A stretch of 64,000 bases of DNA, from sequence record MT446416.1. One strand, 5' to 3'. The number at the start of each line of letters is the position of its first letter. Positions within the stretch are counted from its first letter, which is position 1. Of the stretch, positions 50,890 to 61,020 are shown piece by piece. Source of the stretch: Escherichia virus TH47. Under the pieces are notes generated by a model that saw only the letters and a list, made by a program, of their open reading frames with translations, had not been told where the DNA came from and did not search any database. The position numbers and the translations under genes were made by a program.

Positions 50890-51281
50890 AGCTCACCATT
50901 TAATTTGCTATTTACATATTCTAATGCTTTTTTAGCAATGCCAATTTCGGTAACTCCTATTACATTTTTCTCGATTAACGACAATTGAAATAGTTCATCT
51001 TCATCAATATCAATACTATGGGTTCTTGACCAATAATAATTGAAGTCATATGCATATCGTATTGTATTTTCTTTAATATCAAGTACCAATATGACCATAC
51101 CATCGTGTAGGTATGTCAGTGTTTTTCCGTATATATTAAAAATTAACCTATCTGGTGTACCCAATGGAAGATGAATTATATTTTGTGTAGTTCCAACAAT
51201 AACAAAATCATTATCTATATTTTTATTCAAGTCACCTAGAATGTCATATATAGTAGTCATGTTAATCTTGACCCTCAGCAT
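50886..51281 (-). CDS. FQxS-motif paralog family member (131 aa)
   Basis: C-terminal DEDELFQLSLIEKN. Confidence 0.5.
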   Translation of the reverse strand: MLRVKINMTTIYDILGDLNKNIDNDFVIVGTTQNIIHLPLGTPDRLIFNIYGKTLTYLHDGMVILVLDIKENTIRYAYDFNYYWSRTHSIDIDEDELFQLSLIEKNVIGVTEIGIAKKALEYVNSKLNGEL

Positions 51282-51666
51282 TTCTGATGATTCGCATTAC
51301 TTCTCTGGATAGGTCGAATACTTTTTTATAGTACTCAAATGTAACTGAACCAAAATCATTAACAGTACTATCCATGAAGAACGATTCTTCGGTGCAATAC
51401 ACACCTGTAATTGAAACATGCTCTTGATGGAATTTAGCATCTTTCCAGTAACGGAATTCGAAAATAAATTGCCCGTCATGACCAACCCTACAACACTCGG
51501 CACGGTCACTGTCTACACAGCTAATCACAATATCCCTCTCGGAGTCATACCAGATATTTCCAATATTTGTTTCAATAACTGCATAATCAATTTTTGTAGA
51601 ATTGGGAATTAAACCTTTTTTTACCAGTACTAGACTGGTATTATCAATATCCAGAAAACTTACCAT
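51262..51666 (-). CDS. FQxS-motif paralog family member (134 aa; Met variant)
   Basis: C-terminal TEESFFMDSTVNDF. Confidence 0.5.
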   Translation of the reverse strand: MVSFLDIDNTSLVLVKKGLIPNSTKIDYAVIETNIGNIWYDSERDIVISCVDSDRAECCRVGHDGQFIFEFRYWKDAKFHQEHVSITGVYCTEESFFMDSTVNDFGSVTFEYYKKVFDLSREVMRIIRNAEGQD

Positions 51667-51667
51667 A

Positions 51668-52078
51668 TCAACTCCCCACTATTACTGTGTTTTTAATTTC
51701 TAACAATTCACTATACATCTTCTTCAATTGTACAATATCTTCATATAAAATACCACCCATATCATCAATCAAAGAACGTTGAAATAGTGATTCATCTGAC
51801 TGTATTGTGTCCAAATCAGAAATTTTCAAAACTGTATCTGGGTTTAGTGTGTTTACAATAAGTTTGTTTGTGTATGGTACGTATGTGATCTTGATATTCA
51901 TTTCTGAATCAAGGGCATACAACCTCAAAACTGACAAATCACCACAAAGTTGGATTTTTGGTTCATCAAACTCATCAGACCACCACATAGTACTAGTCAT
52001 ATAATTGACGTGTTGGTTCAAATGTGATATATCCAAATCGAAATAATATTTTAGTTCATTGTGTAAATCTAAACTCAT
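51668..52078 (-). CDS. FQxS-motif paralog family member (136 aa)
   Basis: C-terminal SDESLFQRSLIDDM. Confidence 0.5.
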   Translation of the reverse strand: MSLDLHNELKYYFDLDISHLNQHVNYMTSTMWWSDEFDEPKIQLCGDLSVLRLYALDSEMNIKITYVPYTNKLIVNTLNPDTVLKISDLDTIQSDESLFQRSLIDDMGGILYEDIVQLKKMYSELLEIKNTVIVGS

Positions 52079-52133
52079 AAATTTATCCTCTATGCATCAT
52101 TATCTTACATTGTAGGATAAACCCACGATAATG

Positions 52134-52529
52134 TCAAGATGTGAATTGCTTATACCAGTGATACAATTCTTTTAATTCTTCAGTACTGAATAGAACATCT
52201 TCAATCGTTGTTTGTTGGAAGTGGTAATCTTCGTTTAAGTACATTGAAATATTTTTATATACTTTTCGATTACATTTTCCAAGAAACGATGTTCTTTTGG
52301 ATGTGTATTCAATAAATGTTAACTTATCTAATTCTATATCCAATGACAATTTAGTACAGTATTCAGTATCATCTACGTACATAAGTTTATTTGAATAACA
52401 ATCAACTGTGATATATTCTTTATGTGAGAATTGATATATACCATTAAATTTTTTACCATTTGTACTTCTGAATTTTTCAAGGTAATAAGATAGTGGTTTA
52501 GATATTGTACTACCAATAGTATTATTCAT
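52134..52529 (-). CDS. FQxS-motif paralog family member (131 aa)
   Basis: C-terminal NEDYHFQQTTIEDV. Confidence 0.5.
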   Translation of the reverse strand: MNNTIGSTISKPLSYYLEKFRSTNGKKFNGIYQFSHKEYITVDCYSNKLMYVDDTEYCTKLSLDIELDKLTFIEYTSKRTSFLGKCNRKVYKNISMYLNEDYHFQQTTIEDVLFSTEELKELYHWYKQFTS

Positions 52530-52691
52530 AGAACCTCAAAATTTAGACAAGAAAAATGCCCCGAAGATCGGGGCAGTACGAAAAAGATTTTGTACAAAAA
52601 AGGGGAATAATACAATCAAATAAAATGATAACGTATCATTATTATGTAAGGGAGGAAAGTAACATGATAATGTTAACCATTGCTGGTATAA

Positions 52692-53243
52692 TTATTTATC
52701 ATTTAATTCTTTTAATTGAGCTTGTATATCACCAGAAAGTTTGCGGATTTTCTTGAAACAGTACACGCTATCATCAAGTTCAAGTTCTAGACCGTGAGTG
52801 ATTGCATAAAGCATTTCAGCAAGCACTAGATCCTGACGCATCCAGTTACCATTCTTATAGGTTGTCATTACACAATACGGACAGTGGCTGTTTCCGGTTT
52901 GTTTACCCAGGAATACAGATTGGATTGTATCATGCTTGAAACCTACAAAAGATTGGTTGATCTTATTGATTTCAGCTACAACGTCCATTTGTGCACCAGT
53001 GTTAATTGCAAACACTTCATCACCGTTCTCGGTTTTGTTGATGTTTAGTTCAATATCACTACCAAGTTTACGAACAGCCAATGTATAAAGTAGGATTTCA
53101 TACATATCATAATTAGTTGTTTCGCCATTTGGTGCAGTTACATCGAGACTAACACCATGCATTTTTACTTCAGTACTGAATCCATCTTTATCTGCTAGAA
53201 AATCAGTGATTTGTTCAGTTAGGATTTTAATTTGGTCAATCAT
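52692..53243 (-). CDS. hypothetical protein (183 aa)
   Basis: ORF in gene series; contains HCPYC. Confidence 0.55.
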   Translation of the reverse strand: MIDQIKILTEQITDFLADKDGFSTEVKMHGVSLDVTAPNGETTNYDMYEILLYTLAVRKLGSDIELNINKTENGDEVFAINTGAQMDVVAEINKINQSFVGFKHDTIQSVFLGKQTGNSHCPYCVMTTYKNGNWMRQDLVLAEMLYAITHGLELELDDSVYCFKKIRKLSGDIQAQLKELNDK

Positions 53244-53261
53244 TATTCATATCCTTATGTT

Positions 53262-53291
53262 GGAAAAGCCCCCATTACGGAGGCTTTTTAA
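53262..53291 (-). terminator. rho-independent terminator
   Basis: aaaagcccccattacggaggcttttta hairpin past the stop of 53297..53725. Confidence 0.45.
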
Positions 53292-53296
53292 TCTAA

Positions 53297-53725
53297 TTAT
53301 AGGGAAGCTTCGTATTCAGCTACAATGTCAACCATCTCATTGACAAAGTTGATGTGGTCATGAGTTACTGTGCGGAAATCATAAACCAGTGATTGTTGGA
53401 AGAATACGTCTTCAGCCAGATTACCTTCAAAGTTCAGGTCGATGTTTTCTTCATCGTTGGTCGGAGCAACTTTGATATTTAGTTGATTTTCATCAACAAC
53501 CAATTTCACAACACAACCCAATGCAATCGCCAGTACATAAGCAGGTTTCTTCGCCGCTTCAGAACGGAATGGAGCACGTAGAGCACAAATGGTGCTGCTA
53601 ATCTCATCATTCTGTTCTTTATATTTAACGTTAATCATCAGTTCTTCAATTTTGACGCTCTCGATTACACGACCAGTTTCAGCAGCGAAGAAAGAGTGGT
53701 TACGGATAGTTTGTTCGATATTCAT
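53297..53725 (-). CDS. FQxS-motif paralog family member (142 aa)
   Basis: C-terminal AEDVFFQQSLVYDF. Confidence 0.5.
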   Translation of the reverse strand: MNIEQTIRNHSFFAAETGRVIESVKIEELMINVKYKEQNDEISSTICALRAPFRSEAAKKPAYVLAIALGCVVKLVVDENQLNIKVAPTNDEENIDLNFEGNLAEDVFFQQSLVYDFRTVTHDHINFVNEMVDIVAEYEASL

Positions 53726-53728
53726 GTG

Positions 53729-53923
53729 TTATTCCTTATATAGATTGCTAAAGTTACGAAGATTACGGTTTGCTTTAAACTGTTTTAAATCACCAAATCT
53801 ATCATCAACGATAAAAGTGGCAGCCTGTTTTGATTGGCATATTGTACAAATCAACATACCCTGTATTGTATACTCGGTTGAACAATTTGTACAGTACTTT
53901 TTTTCATAAAGTTCAGTACTCAT
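53729..53923 (-). CDS. small zinc-ribbon protein (64 aa)
   Basis: CTNC...CTIC cysteine pairs. Confidence 0.45.
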   Translation of the reverse strand: MSTELYEKKYCTNCSTEYTIQGMLICTICQSKQAATFIVDDRFGDLKQFKANRNLRNFSNLYKE

Positions 53924-54255
53924 AAAACCTTCACATCACTACGTTTATCTCTTTCTTCTTTCTTTACCTCATCGGAGCGGGTATCTTCTAATTGTAACAC
54001 AACTTCTTTCAGAATGTCAACATCAATCATTGCTTCTTTGTATTGAAAGTCGTTTACGCCGAAAATATACTTCAATGCAACCCATACACGTTTGTACCAT
54101 TTTAAGAAAGGATTCAAACGCATACTCACCAGACATTGACCAAGTTTATCATCTCCATGTTCTTGTGTCAAGTCAAATTGTGAAATGTGAACACAATGTT
54201 CCGTATTATCGCCACAACTACAACGTACTATAAATTCTTTGCTGTCTTTGCTCAT
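53920..54255 (-). CDS. hypothetical Cys/His-containing protein (111 aa)
   Basis: RCSCGDNTEHCVH near the N-terminus. Confidence 0.5.
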   Translation of the reverse strand: MSKDSKEFIVRCSCGDNTEHCVHISQFDLTQEHGDDKLGQCLVSMRLNPFLKWYKRVWVALKYIFGVNDFQYKEAMIDVDILKEVVLQLEDTRSDEVKKEERDKRSDVKVL

Positions 54256-54674
54256 ACTGGATAAGCCTTCATAAATTGTTTTAGAACTCCAAACTTAGAA
54301 GCACTGTAATCATACTGATAACTTAGCTCACGTTTATCATTCATTCGATAAACCATATGATTGTTTGGATAACCAATTCTAACAGGTTTGATAGGATTTG
54401 CAAGCAAAATTGCCCATTCTTTTACAGGAAAAACGTTTTCAGATAACATCTTCACATCTTTACTGTAATACTTCATTGCTTGGGTACAGTGCTTGTAATC
54501 TTCTGCACTCAGTTCTTCACACACAACACTGTGCGTTTCAGTACTGGATACCCATGTCTCTTCTTCATAATATAAGTCAATTACATCTTCTACGGTATAG
54601 CTATCAGGTAGATCATAATATACCCAATTACTAAAACCAGAGCTTACACCAACTCGAATTCGATAGTACTTCAT
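54252..54674 (-). CDS. hypothetical protein (140 aa)
   Basis: ORF in gene series. Confidence 0.5.
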   Translation of the reverse strand: MKYYRIRVGVSSGFSNWVYYDLPDSYTVEDVIDLYYEEETWVSSTETHSVVCEELSAEDYKHCTQAMKYYSKDVKMLSENVFPVKEWAILLANPIKPVRIGYPNNHMVYRMNDKRELSYQYDYSASKFGVLKQFMKAYPV

Positions 54675-54838
54675 ATTTTTTTATCATCCGATTTTACGTA
54701 ATAGTAACATACAATGCAGTGAATTACAAGAAGAATAATTTCTAATACATTCAGTGCCACGACATGCCCTTGTGGGACCGTAAGTGCCAATAACAACATT
54801 ATAGTAGGTATTACGAATATTGTCCATGTTTTTTTCAT
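54671..54838 (-). CDS. small membrane protein (55 aa), not in track
   Basis: Hand translation MKKTWTIFVIPTIMLLLALTVPQGHVVALNVLEIILLVIHCIVCYYYVKSDDKKI; aaggaaa SD upstream; ATGA-type overlap with the next gene. Confidence 0.4.
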   Translation of the reverse strand: MKKTWTIFVIPTIMLLLALTVPQGHVVALNVLEIILLVIHCIVCYYYVKSDDKKI

Positions 54839-55071
54839 TTTATTTCCTTAATGTAGGCAAATGGTAAAAATACAACCTCTACACCAGGGAATGTTGTTGC
54901 AAGTGCATCAACTATAGACTTGTTTTTGTTACATTGCCAAACTTTTGTAACTTTGTGCTGAAATACTTTACCATCTTTTACTAGCCAATACATTTGCATC
55001 TTAACAGTACAGTTATCAGATGGTATTAGTAAATCCTCTATATCATATGAATTAAAGATTCTCTCGTTCAT
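54835..55071 (-). CDS. hypothetical protein (78 aa)
   Basis: Small ORF. Confidence 0.45.
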   Translation of the reverse strand: MNERIFNSYDIEDLLIPSDNCTVKMQMYWLVKDGKVFQHKVTKVWQCNKNKSIVDALATTFPGVEVVFLPFAYIKEIK

Positions 55072-55330
55072 ACAATCTCCTAGTGAAAAAAGCCAGATTC
55101 TTTCTTATATACTCGGCGACACAATCAGTAGTCTGTGTATTTGTGAATGCAACAACTTCATTCGATACACCATTCCCATTACACAATGGACAAATCCCCA
55201 TATACTTAGGTGTTGGAACTGTATCTAGTTTATATTTCCCTGAAGATATCATGTATTGTTGTGGTAATACATCCAAAGAAATAATATAATCATCATCGAA
55301 TTGCTTACAACATACCCAACATTTACTCAT
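55052..55330 (-). CDS. zinc-ribbon protein (92 aa)
   Basis: CWVCC...CPLC cysteine pairs. Confidence 0.45.
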   Translation of the reverse strand: MSKCWVCCKQFDDDYIISLDVLPQQYMISSGKYKLDTVPTPKYMGICPLCNGNGVSNEVVAFTNTQTTDCVAEYIRKNLAFFTRRLYERENL

Positions 55331-55814
55331 TGTGGTTCTCCTTCAAAACAATTCTTATATCTTCGAATGTTTGAACAAACCAGTCATGCTCATCAGATAC
55401 ATCAACCACCTTCCCACCATAAACATAGTAATGATAGAAGGGTAACTTACTTTTCCTCAATCGTTCAGCAAGTTCTGGGTTTTGAAATATCTTAGCACAT
55501 ATTGCATCCTGGATACAAGAAATGCATTCGGGTGTCATTTCAATACGGTCGTGCATATACTTGTTCGCCGCTGCTTTTGCAGCAGCACCCGACACTTTTC
55601 TAAGATCATCATGTTTCTGGCCTGTTAAAAACCAAAAATAAAAAGTTTCTACCGATGGGAACCAACCGTATGGTTCTAAGGTAAAACTATGTGACGAAAA
55701 GTTAGATAGATCCCTACCTAACTTAGTTTTAGCTTTACTATAGATATTAATGTGTCTGTATCCGTCATCAGTAGGGTCAATATAGTTAAATGACTCTTCA
55801 GGAAATTCAAACAT
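55323..55814 (-). CDS. NADAR (YbiA/DUF1768)-like protein, tentative (163 aa)
   Basis: LSNFSSHSFTLEPYGWFPSVETFYFWFLTGQK and AKIFQNPELAERLRKS resemble the NADAR core as recalled from memory; no alignment run. Confidence 0.35.
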   Translation of the reverse strand: MFEFPEESFNYIDPTDDGYRHINIYSKAKTKLGRDLSNFSSHSFTLEPYGWFPSVETFYFWFLTGQKHDDLRKVSGAAAKAAANKYMHDRIEMTPECISCIQDAICAKIFQNPELAERLRKSKLPFYHYYVYGGKVVDVSDEHDWFVQTFEDIRIVLKENHNE

Positions 55815-55816
55815 AA

Positions 55817-56170
55817 TTACTCTTCTTCACCAGATGGTGTACCACGCAGTTTATCAAAATCAACCCAAATACCATGCTGGTTTTTGAAGCGACATTTCTC
55901 ATAGTACCAGCTATAGTCGGTTTCAACACCCTGAGAAATTGAACGAACACTACAGTCATACATATTGTATAAATGTGTACGTACAATGAATGTTCCTATA
56001 AGAAGAACAAACACAACAATCCCAGTACAGATCTTTGGATGATCCATAATTAGGTCCAACACAGAACTGGTTTCAGTACTATCAATTTTACTACGACCGA
56101 TAGCAACAACTTTCAGTACTGCTAATGATACCAGTAATGAAATAACAAGAACACTCAAATAAATTAGCAT
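55817..56170 (-). CDS. membrane protein (117 aa)
   Basis: Two hydrophobic helices. Confidence 0.5.
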   Translation of the reverse strand: MLIYLSVLVISLLVSLAVLKVVAIGRSKIDSTETSSVLDLIMDHPKICTGIVVFVLLIGTFIVRTHLYNMYDCSVRSISQGVETDYSWYYEKCRFKNQHGIWVDFDKLRGTPSGEEE

Positions 56171-56172
56171 AT

Positions 56173-56757
56173 TTAGACTCCTACCCCAAAACGTAAAAGG
56201 ATGTTATTAACAAACACAAAATCAAATGGAGACTTTGGTTCAGATACCGAGTACTGAAAAGTTTCAGTGGCAAAATTTTCCCTATTATGCCATGTTGATG
56301 AATCGATTAGTAATTGTTTATCACCAATTGACGTTGAATGTAATGGGACGTGTGCTGATGAATTTATAGAATACGCATTTAGTTTTCCTTGTTCATCAAA
56401 TGTAACACAAAGGTAATATCTCTTCTTAACATCAGGATAACGCTCTTTAATATACGAATATATTGATTCATTCAAATCATCATCATCCCTTGTCTTAGCA
56501 CCGAGAACTTGAGCAAAAGACAAACTACGTTTCGGTTGGATCGTTCCTGGTCTTTTTAGAATGAATTCTTTTGTTAAGTAAAAGTTATTGTGTTTTACCT
56601 CAATATTAACAGTTTTAAAGTTTGTGATTTTATCATATACGTTCCTAAAAACTGTTATATCCCATGAACTAATTTCTTGCATCGTTACCGTAACTAGTTC
56701 TTCTAGTTCTTGGATAAATGGCAAATCGTCTTGATCAAATCTAATCACAGTTTTCAT
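56173..56757 (-). CDS. hypothetical protein (194 aa)
   Basis: ORF in gene series. Confidence 0.5.
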   Translation of the reverse strand: MKTVIRFDQDDLPFIQELEELVTVTMQEISSWDITVFRNVYDKITNFKTVNIEVKHNNFYLTKEFILKRPGTIQPKRSLSFAQVLGAKTRDDDDLNESIYSYIKERYPDVKKRYYLCVTFDEQGKLNAYSINSSAHVPLHSTSIGDKQLLIDSSTWHNRENFATETFQYSVSEPKSPFDFVFVNNILLRFGVGV

Positions 56758-57328
56758 ATACCTTTTTTAAATTCATAATTTCAAGAAGACTATATTCTTT
56801 TTCACTAATCAAATCTTCAGTGAGTGCTTCTGGTTCGGTGTTACAATACAACTTCCCATTAATGATAACATAACCATTGCTAAGATACAACGCACTCATT
56901 ATCTGTTGTCCTTCTTTTGCATTGACTGCTATACCAGCATTTGTTACAACAAGCCCATTGTTTGCAAATGCTGATGTTAGTTCTGACCATTCAACTGATA
57001 TTAAATCACGATAGTCTTTTGATACTTTTATATTAACAATACAAGCAACTCTTGTAATAGATGGAGTACTAATCGTATACATCTGTGGGTGTTGGTAGTT
57101 TGAGTTATATGTTTGTGGTGTATTAACAGCAGTTCCTGAATTCGGAGTTGTTGGCATAATTACTTGATCCATATTTGGAACAGCCGTTCTTAGTGATGCA
57201 ATACGCCCAGTTTCATCCAATTTCAAAACTAAACGATGAGTTTTATCCTCAGAGTGATACGGGAATAGACCACCGGAATTCATATTTTGAAGCATTTTAA
57301 TTAATTCATAAGTATTTTTTAAAAACAT
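56741..57328 (-). CDS. hypothetical protein (195 aa)
   Basis: ORF in gene series. Confidence 0.5.
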   Translation of the reverse strand: MFLKNTYELIKMLQNMNSGGLFPYHSEDKTHRLVLKLDETGRIASLRTAVPNMDQVIMPTTPNSGTAVNTPQTYNSNYQHPQMYTISTPSITRVACIVNIKVSKDYRDLISVEWSELTSAFANNGLVVTNAGIAVNAKEGQQIMSALYLSNGYVIINGKLYCNTEPEALTEDLISEKEYSLLEIMNLKKVYENCD

Positions 57329-57375
57329 AATAAATCCTATAGAAAATGAGAGTACAATGTACTCCCAGATTTAGA

Positions 57376-57930
57376 TTATAGTTTAATTACTTCTTGGATA
57401 CCAGTATCCATTGCTTTCTTAGTGCGTGTATCAGAAACTACTGTACATAAATGTTCAATATTTTCACTTGGGAATGTGTTAGTATCAAGAATTTTGGAGT
57501 TCCAGAAACCTTTACGGAACTTAGCATAATCAGTACACTGGTCAATTTTCATTTTCTGAAGATTGTTGAACTGTGTACGTCCTGACTCGATAGTTACCAT
57601 AAGTTCTTGATAAATCTTAGGATCGAGATTAGGAACCTGTTGTTGAATCTGTGACATCACAAACTTCTGGTCAACACCTTCACGACCTTTAAAGTATGTT
57701 TCGATGGTTTCTTTCAATGCATCCTTATACTTATCAGAAACTTGTACTTTTTCTTGAATGACAAGAGTGTATTTACTTAGTTGGCTTTCTGATGCATCAT
57801 AGTACTTTTTAATATTACCTTCAAATTCAACAGCACGGTCATGTGCATCTACATACATACTAACTGAACCAATTGCCATAAGACCGAATACAACAACAAC
57901 ACCAATCAATGCAATAATTTTACCATTCAT
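57376..57930 (-). CDS. LemA-family-like membrane-anchored protein, tentative (184 aa)
   Basis: N-terminal TM helix; C-terminal QELMVTIESGRTQFNNLQKMKIDQCTDYAKFRKGFWN resembles the LemA C-terminal consensus as recalled. Confidence 0.4.
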   Translation of the reverse strand: MNGKIIALIGVVVVFGLMAIGSVSMYVDAHDRAVEFEGNIKKYYDASESQLSKYTLVIQEKVQVSDKYKDALKETIETYFKGREGVDQKFVMSQIQQQVPNLDPKIYQELMVTIESGRTQFNNLQKMKIDQCTDYAKFRKGFWNSKILDTNTFPSENIEHLCTVVSDTRTKKAMDTGIQEVIKL

Positions 57931-59021
57931 AACTTGTTATCCCTCATATAAAGGCCAATGAAAATAGATACAATCAGTAACAAAATAGAAGCACCGATGA
58001 GAACATCTTTACGTGGTTCCATTTTTACAGACAAGTACTCGAACTCTTTGTTAGAGAGTCTTTCAAACTTTGTGTCAATATTATGCACTTCTTTGGTCAG
58101 TAAGTCAAGAGTTAATTTTTCATTTAATGCATCCATTCGCATCTTAGCATGTAGTTCTTCATTCTTCATACCTTGTGCAAATGATGTGCTATCAAATTTA
58201 ACGATCTTCCCATCAGCATCAATACCAAAGAACATGATAACATCATTCTTCTTACCACCACGCCACGATGCGAGTGTTGCTTCCACAAAATCTACGTTTT
58301 TATAATCATAAACCAAAACTTGGATGTTTACTTGTTTACGTGCACCCATAGTTTTTAGTTCTTCACGCAGATACTCATCATAACCATCTACATTATAATT
58401 AGTAGTGTTGATTACATGGTGTGTTTTATAATAGTCTACCACACTTGGGTATTCTGGTAAAGTACTAAGATATTTCTCATCATACATTTCATGTAATTCA
58501 CCAGGACTAAACAATGAGTTTTTATCAGCGAACAGATAGTTAATATAAGAACTTTCTGCGGCGGCATAATCCCCAATGTTAACCTGTTGCCAGCGGGGAG
58601 GGGTCATTGTACCCTGGCGGTTTACTCGCTCAATCTCAAACTTCCCTACAGTACTTTTTACATACCAGTCAACTTCGTATGAATAATCAAATACCTTATA
58701 GGACTCACATTCACGATGGGATTTCCCCTTACTATCATAACGAGTTCTGCATTTCTCGTGCCACGTGTAATGCTTACATGAGCTTGATTGTGTACAAAAC
58801 TCCTTGTGATTATATTTGGATGTTACCTGCCCATTTAGAATCTCTACATCGTACAATTGGCTGTAGTTGATTGCATATGAGATACCAAGCACAAGAGCAG
58901 CACCAACTATACAACAACCAATATGAATCAACAGTTCTTTAGTACTGATATGCTTATCATACATGTATTTCATAACAAATACAACGATAAGTGAAGGAAT
59001 CAACAGAATAATAAAATTCAT
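57927..59021 (-). CDS. membrane protein with N- and C-terminal TM helices (364 aa)
   Basis: Hydrophobic termini with a Cys-rich segment; 4-nt overlap with the LemA-like gene. Confidence 0.55.
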   Translation of the reverse strand: MNFIILLIPSLIVVFVMKYMYDKHISTKELLIHIGCCIVGAALVLGISYAINYSQLYDVEILNGQVTSKYNHKEFCTQSSSCKHYTWHEKCRTRYDSKGKSHRECESYKVFDYSYEVDWYVKSTVGKFEIERVNRQGTMTPPRWQQVNIGDYAAAESSYINYLFADKNSLFSPGELHEMYDEKYLSTLPEYPSVVDYYKTHHVINTTNYNVDGYDEYLREELKTMGARKQVNIQVLVYDYKNVDFVEATLASWRGGKKNDVIMFFGIDADGKIVKFDSTSFAQGMKNEELHAKMRMDALNEKLTLDLLTKEVHNIDTKFERLSNKEFEYLSVKMEPRKDVLIGASILLLIVSIFIGLYMRDNKL

Positions 59022-59024
59022 GTA

Positions 59025-59714
59025 TTAGTCCAGTTTAAGTTTATTGAGACAATAGGAGATTTGGATAGCTTCACGTGCTGCATCATACAGAGGGTGATGT
59101 AATTCCAAACCATTAATACCACATTTTTCTACATACTTCACGAATTTAGCTAACTGCACTGACACAATCTCATCCATTTCGGTGCGAGCTTCTTCATTCA
59201 ATAAACGCTTCAGGGTTCGTGCGTTTTCAGGAGCATCATATTTCCACAAATCACCAACATTCAATAGTTTTAAGTGATTAGCTTGTAAAATACTACAGTC
59301 GAAGTTGCAGCCATTTCCCCAAATTGAATGTTCAACCTCTTTACCATAACAATCAAAACGGATATCTTTCCAGAAATCGACAATAGCATTAGAAGTAAAG
59401 ATTTGTTTGGATTTACCATTAGGACCGTACAATTCTGGTGCAACAAGTGCCATAGTACTGGCAACTTCAGCATATGCATTAGGATATTCCTTCTGACATG
59501 TATTCATCCAGAAATCCATTGCACCTGCATCTGATTTCAGCCCAGCGTTGACTTGTGCTTGGTATGGTAACTTAACATATACAAATTGTCTGATATCATG
59601 TTCAGGTTTACTTGGAACAACTACTGCTGCATAATTTGGAATAATAATATCATAACCAGAGTTTTCAGGAGTACCGAGAGCTTCGATATCAACACTAACA
59701 TGACGGCGTTTCAT
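59025..59714 (-). CDS. DEDDh-type (DnaQ-like) 3'-5' exonuclease (229 aa)
   Basis: Exo I VSVDIEALGT, Exo II GNGCNFDCSIL, Exo III HHPLYDAAREA. Confidence 0.6.
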   Translation of the reverse strand: MKRRHVSVDIEALGTPENSGYDIIIPNYAAVVVPSKPEHDIRQFVYVKLPYQAQVNAGLKSDAGAMDFWMNTCQKEYPNAYAEVASTMALVAPELYGPNGKSKQIFTSNAIVDFWKDIRFDCYGKEVEHSIWGNGCNFDCSILQANHLKLLNVGDLWKYDAPENARTLKRLLNEEARTEMDEIVSVQLAKFVKYVEKCGINGLELHHPLYDAAREAIQISYCLNKLKLD

Positions 59715-59795
59715 ATTTCGTTCCTTATCTGTATATTAAAAAAGAGTGCGTTTCAATAAGAACATTATATTGAAAACGCACTCTTGTGTCAACTA

Positions 59796-61013
59796 TTACT
59801 TGTTAGCTTTTTCAGCAATTTCACGAAGAGTATCTTCGAGTTCATGAGAGAGTTTTGCGATTTCAATCTTAGCACGCTCACGCTCTTCTTTACCTTTCTT
59901 CTCTTCAATCAGTACTGCTTCGATACTATCGATCATTGTTTTATGTACATTACGCAATGTTTTAATATCCACGATACCACGATTATTTGCTTTAGCAGCA
60001 TCCAACATGTTAGTTGCTACCATTTTAGAGTTTACTTCGAGTAAACGGTTAGTTTCATTGTCAATCAGATTACCCAACTCATTGTCTTTACGTTGACGTT
60101 CGGAAATCAACTGTTCAGCCAATTGTGATTTCCATGCTGGAATAACAACTGATTTCAAATCCTCAAACTTAGAAACAGTGTTGAGGTTTACTTTCTTCAT
60201 ACTCATCAGGCGAGGACCACTCAGTTCACACATCATGATAAGACGACGAATCTTATCTTCCTGCTTAGAAAGAGCTTCACAAATCATCTTTTGCTCCTGG
60301 ATTGCAAAAGAATCAACGTCAGGGTTCGCTTGCATTGCTACCAATTCAGCATCTTGTGCTTTGGTAACTTCTTCCAACTCAACTAACGTATCACGCAGTT
60401 CAAAGAGATAGTTTTTGTTTTCGTTGTAAGCAGTGTCTAGCCATGCACATTCCCCATGCTGGCGGTTAATACCAACCTGAAGAGTGTTCATGATTTCATC
60501 AATTTGTTCTTTACTGTTTTTGTACTGATCGCCAACTTTCTGTTTAGCATTAACAAAGAGTTTTTTGACCCAGCCTACGATTGATTTATCATCCTGTAGA
60601 CTATCAATATCAACTGCACGTGTCAATGTCAAGATAGTAGTAATAGACTTACCGAATTCGGTATTATCATCAGTGACGTTAACTTTTGACATGATTTCAT
60701 CAGCCAAACGTCCTACACCTGCCCCAGCAGTGGTTCCGATGGTATTAATATTCTGCACAGTTAAAGCCATACTGTTACCTTTGGTATCTTTCAGTACTGG
60801 AAGTGACTTGGACTGTTGTTCGAAGATATCAGTTGCGTCAATTGTGTGTGCTGCTGTTTTGGTAGTACGTTTGGCAGTTTTGGTTGCTTTGGCTTGTTTA
60901 ACTGTTGCTTTTTTCGGATTGATTTCTTTCTCGGACATTGTGTATTCCTCAGTTAATTTAAGATAGTGTTGCTCAGTGATAAACATTCTACAGGCAACAC
61001 TCAGTACTGTCAA
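59796..61013 (-). CDS. TelA-like (toxic anion resistance family) protein, tentative (405 aa; start may be MSEKEI at about 60938)
   Basis: About 380-aa helical protein with Lys-rich N-terminus; family assignment from overall resemblance only. Confidence 0.35.
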   Translation of the reverse strand: MTVLSVACRMFITEQHYLKLTEEYTMSEKEINPKKATVKQAKATKTAKRTTKTAAHTIDATDIFEQQSKSLPVLKDTKGNSMALTVQNINTIGTTAGAGVGRLADEIMSKVNVTDDNTEFGKSITTILTLTRAVDIDSLQDDKSIVGWVKKLFVNAKQKVGDQYKNSKEQIDEIMNTLQVGINRQHGECAWLDTAYNENKNYLFELRDTLVELEEVTKAQDAELVAMQANPDVDSFAIQEQKMICEALSKQEDKIRRLIMMCELSGPRLMSMKKVNLNTVSKFEDLKSVVIPAWKSQLAEQLISERQRKDNELGNLIDNETNRLLEVNSKMVATNMLDAAKANNRGIVDIKTLRNVHKTMIDSIEAVLIEEKKGKEERERAKIEIAKLSHELEDTLREIAEKANK

Positions 61014-61020
61014 CTACTTT

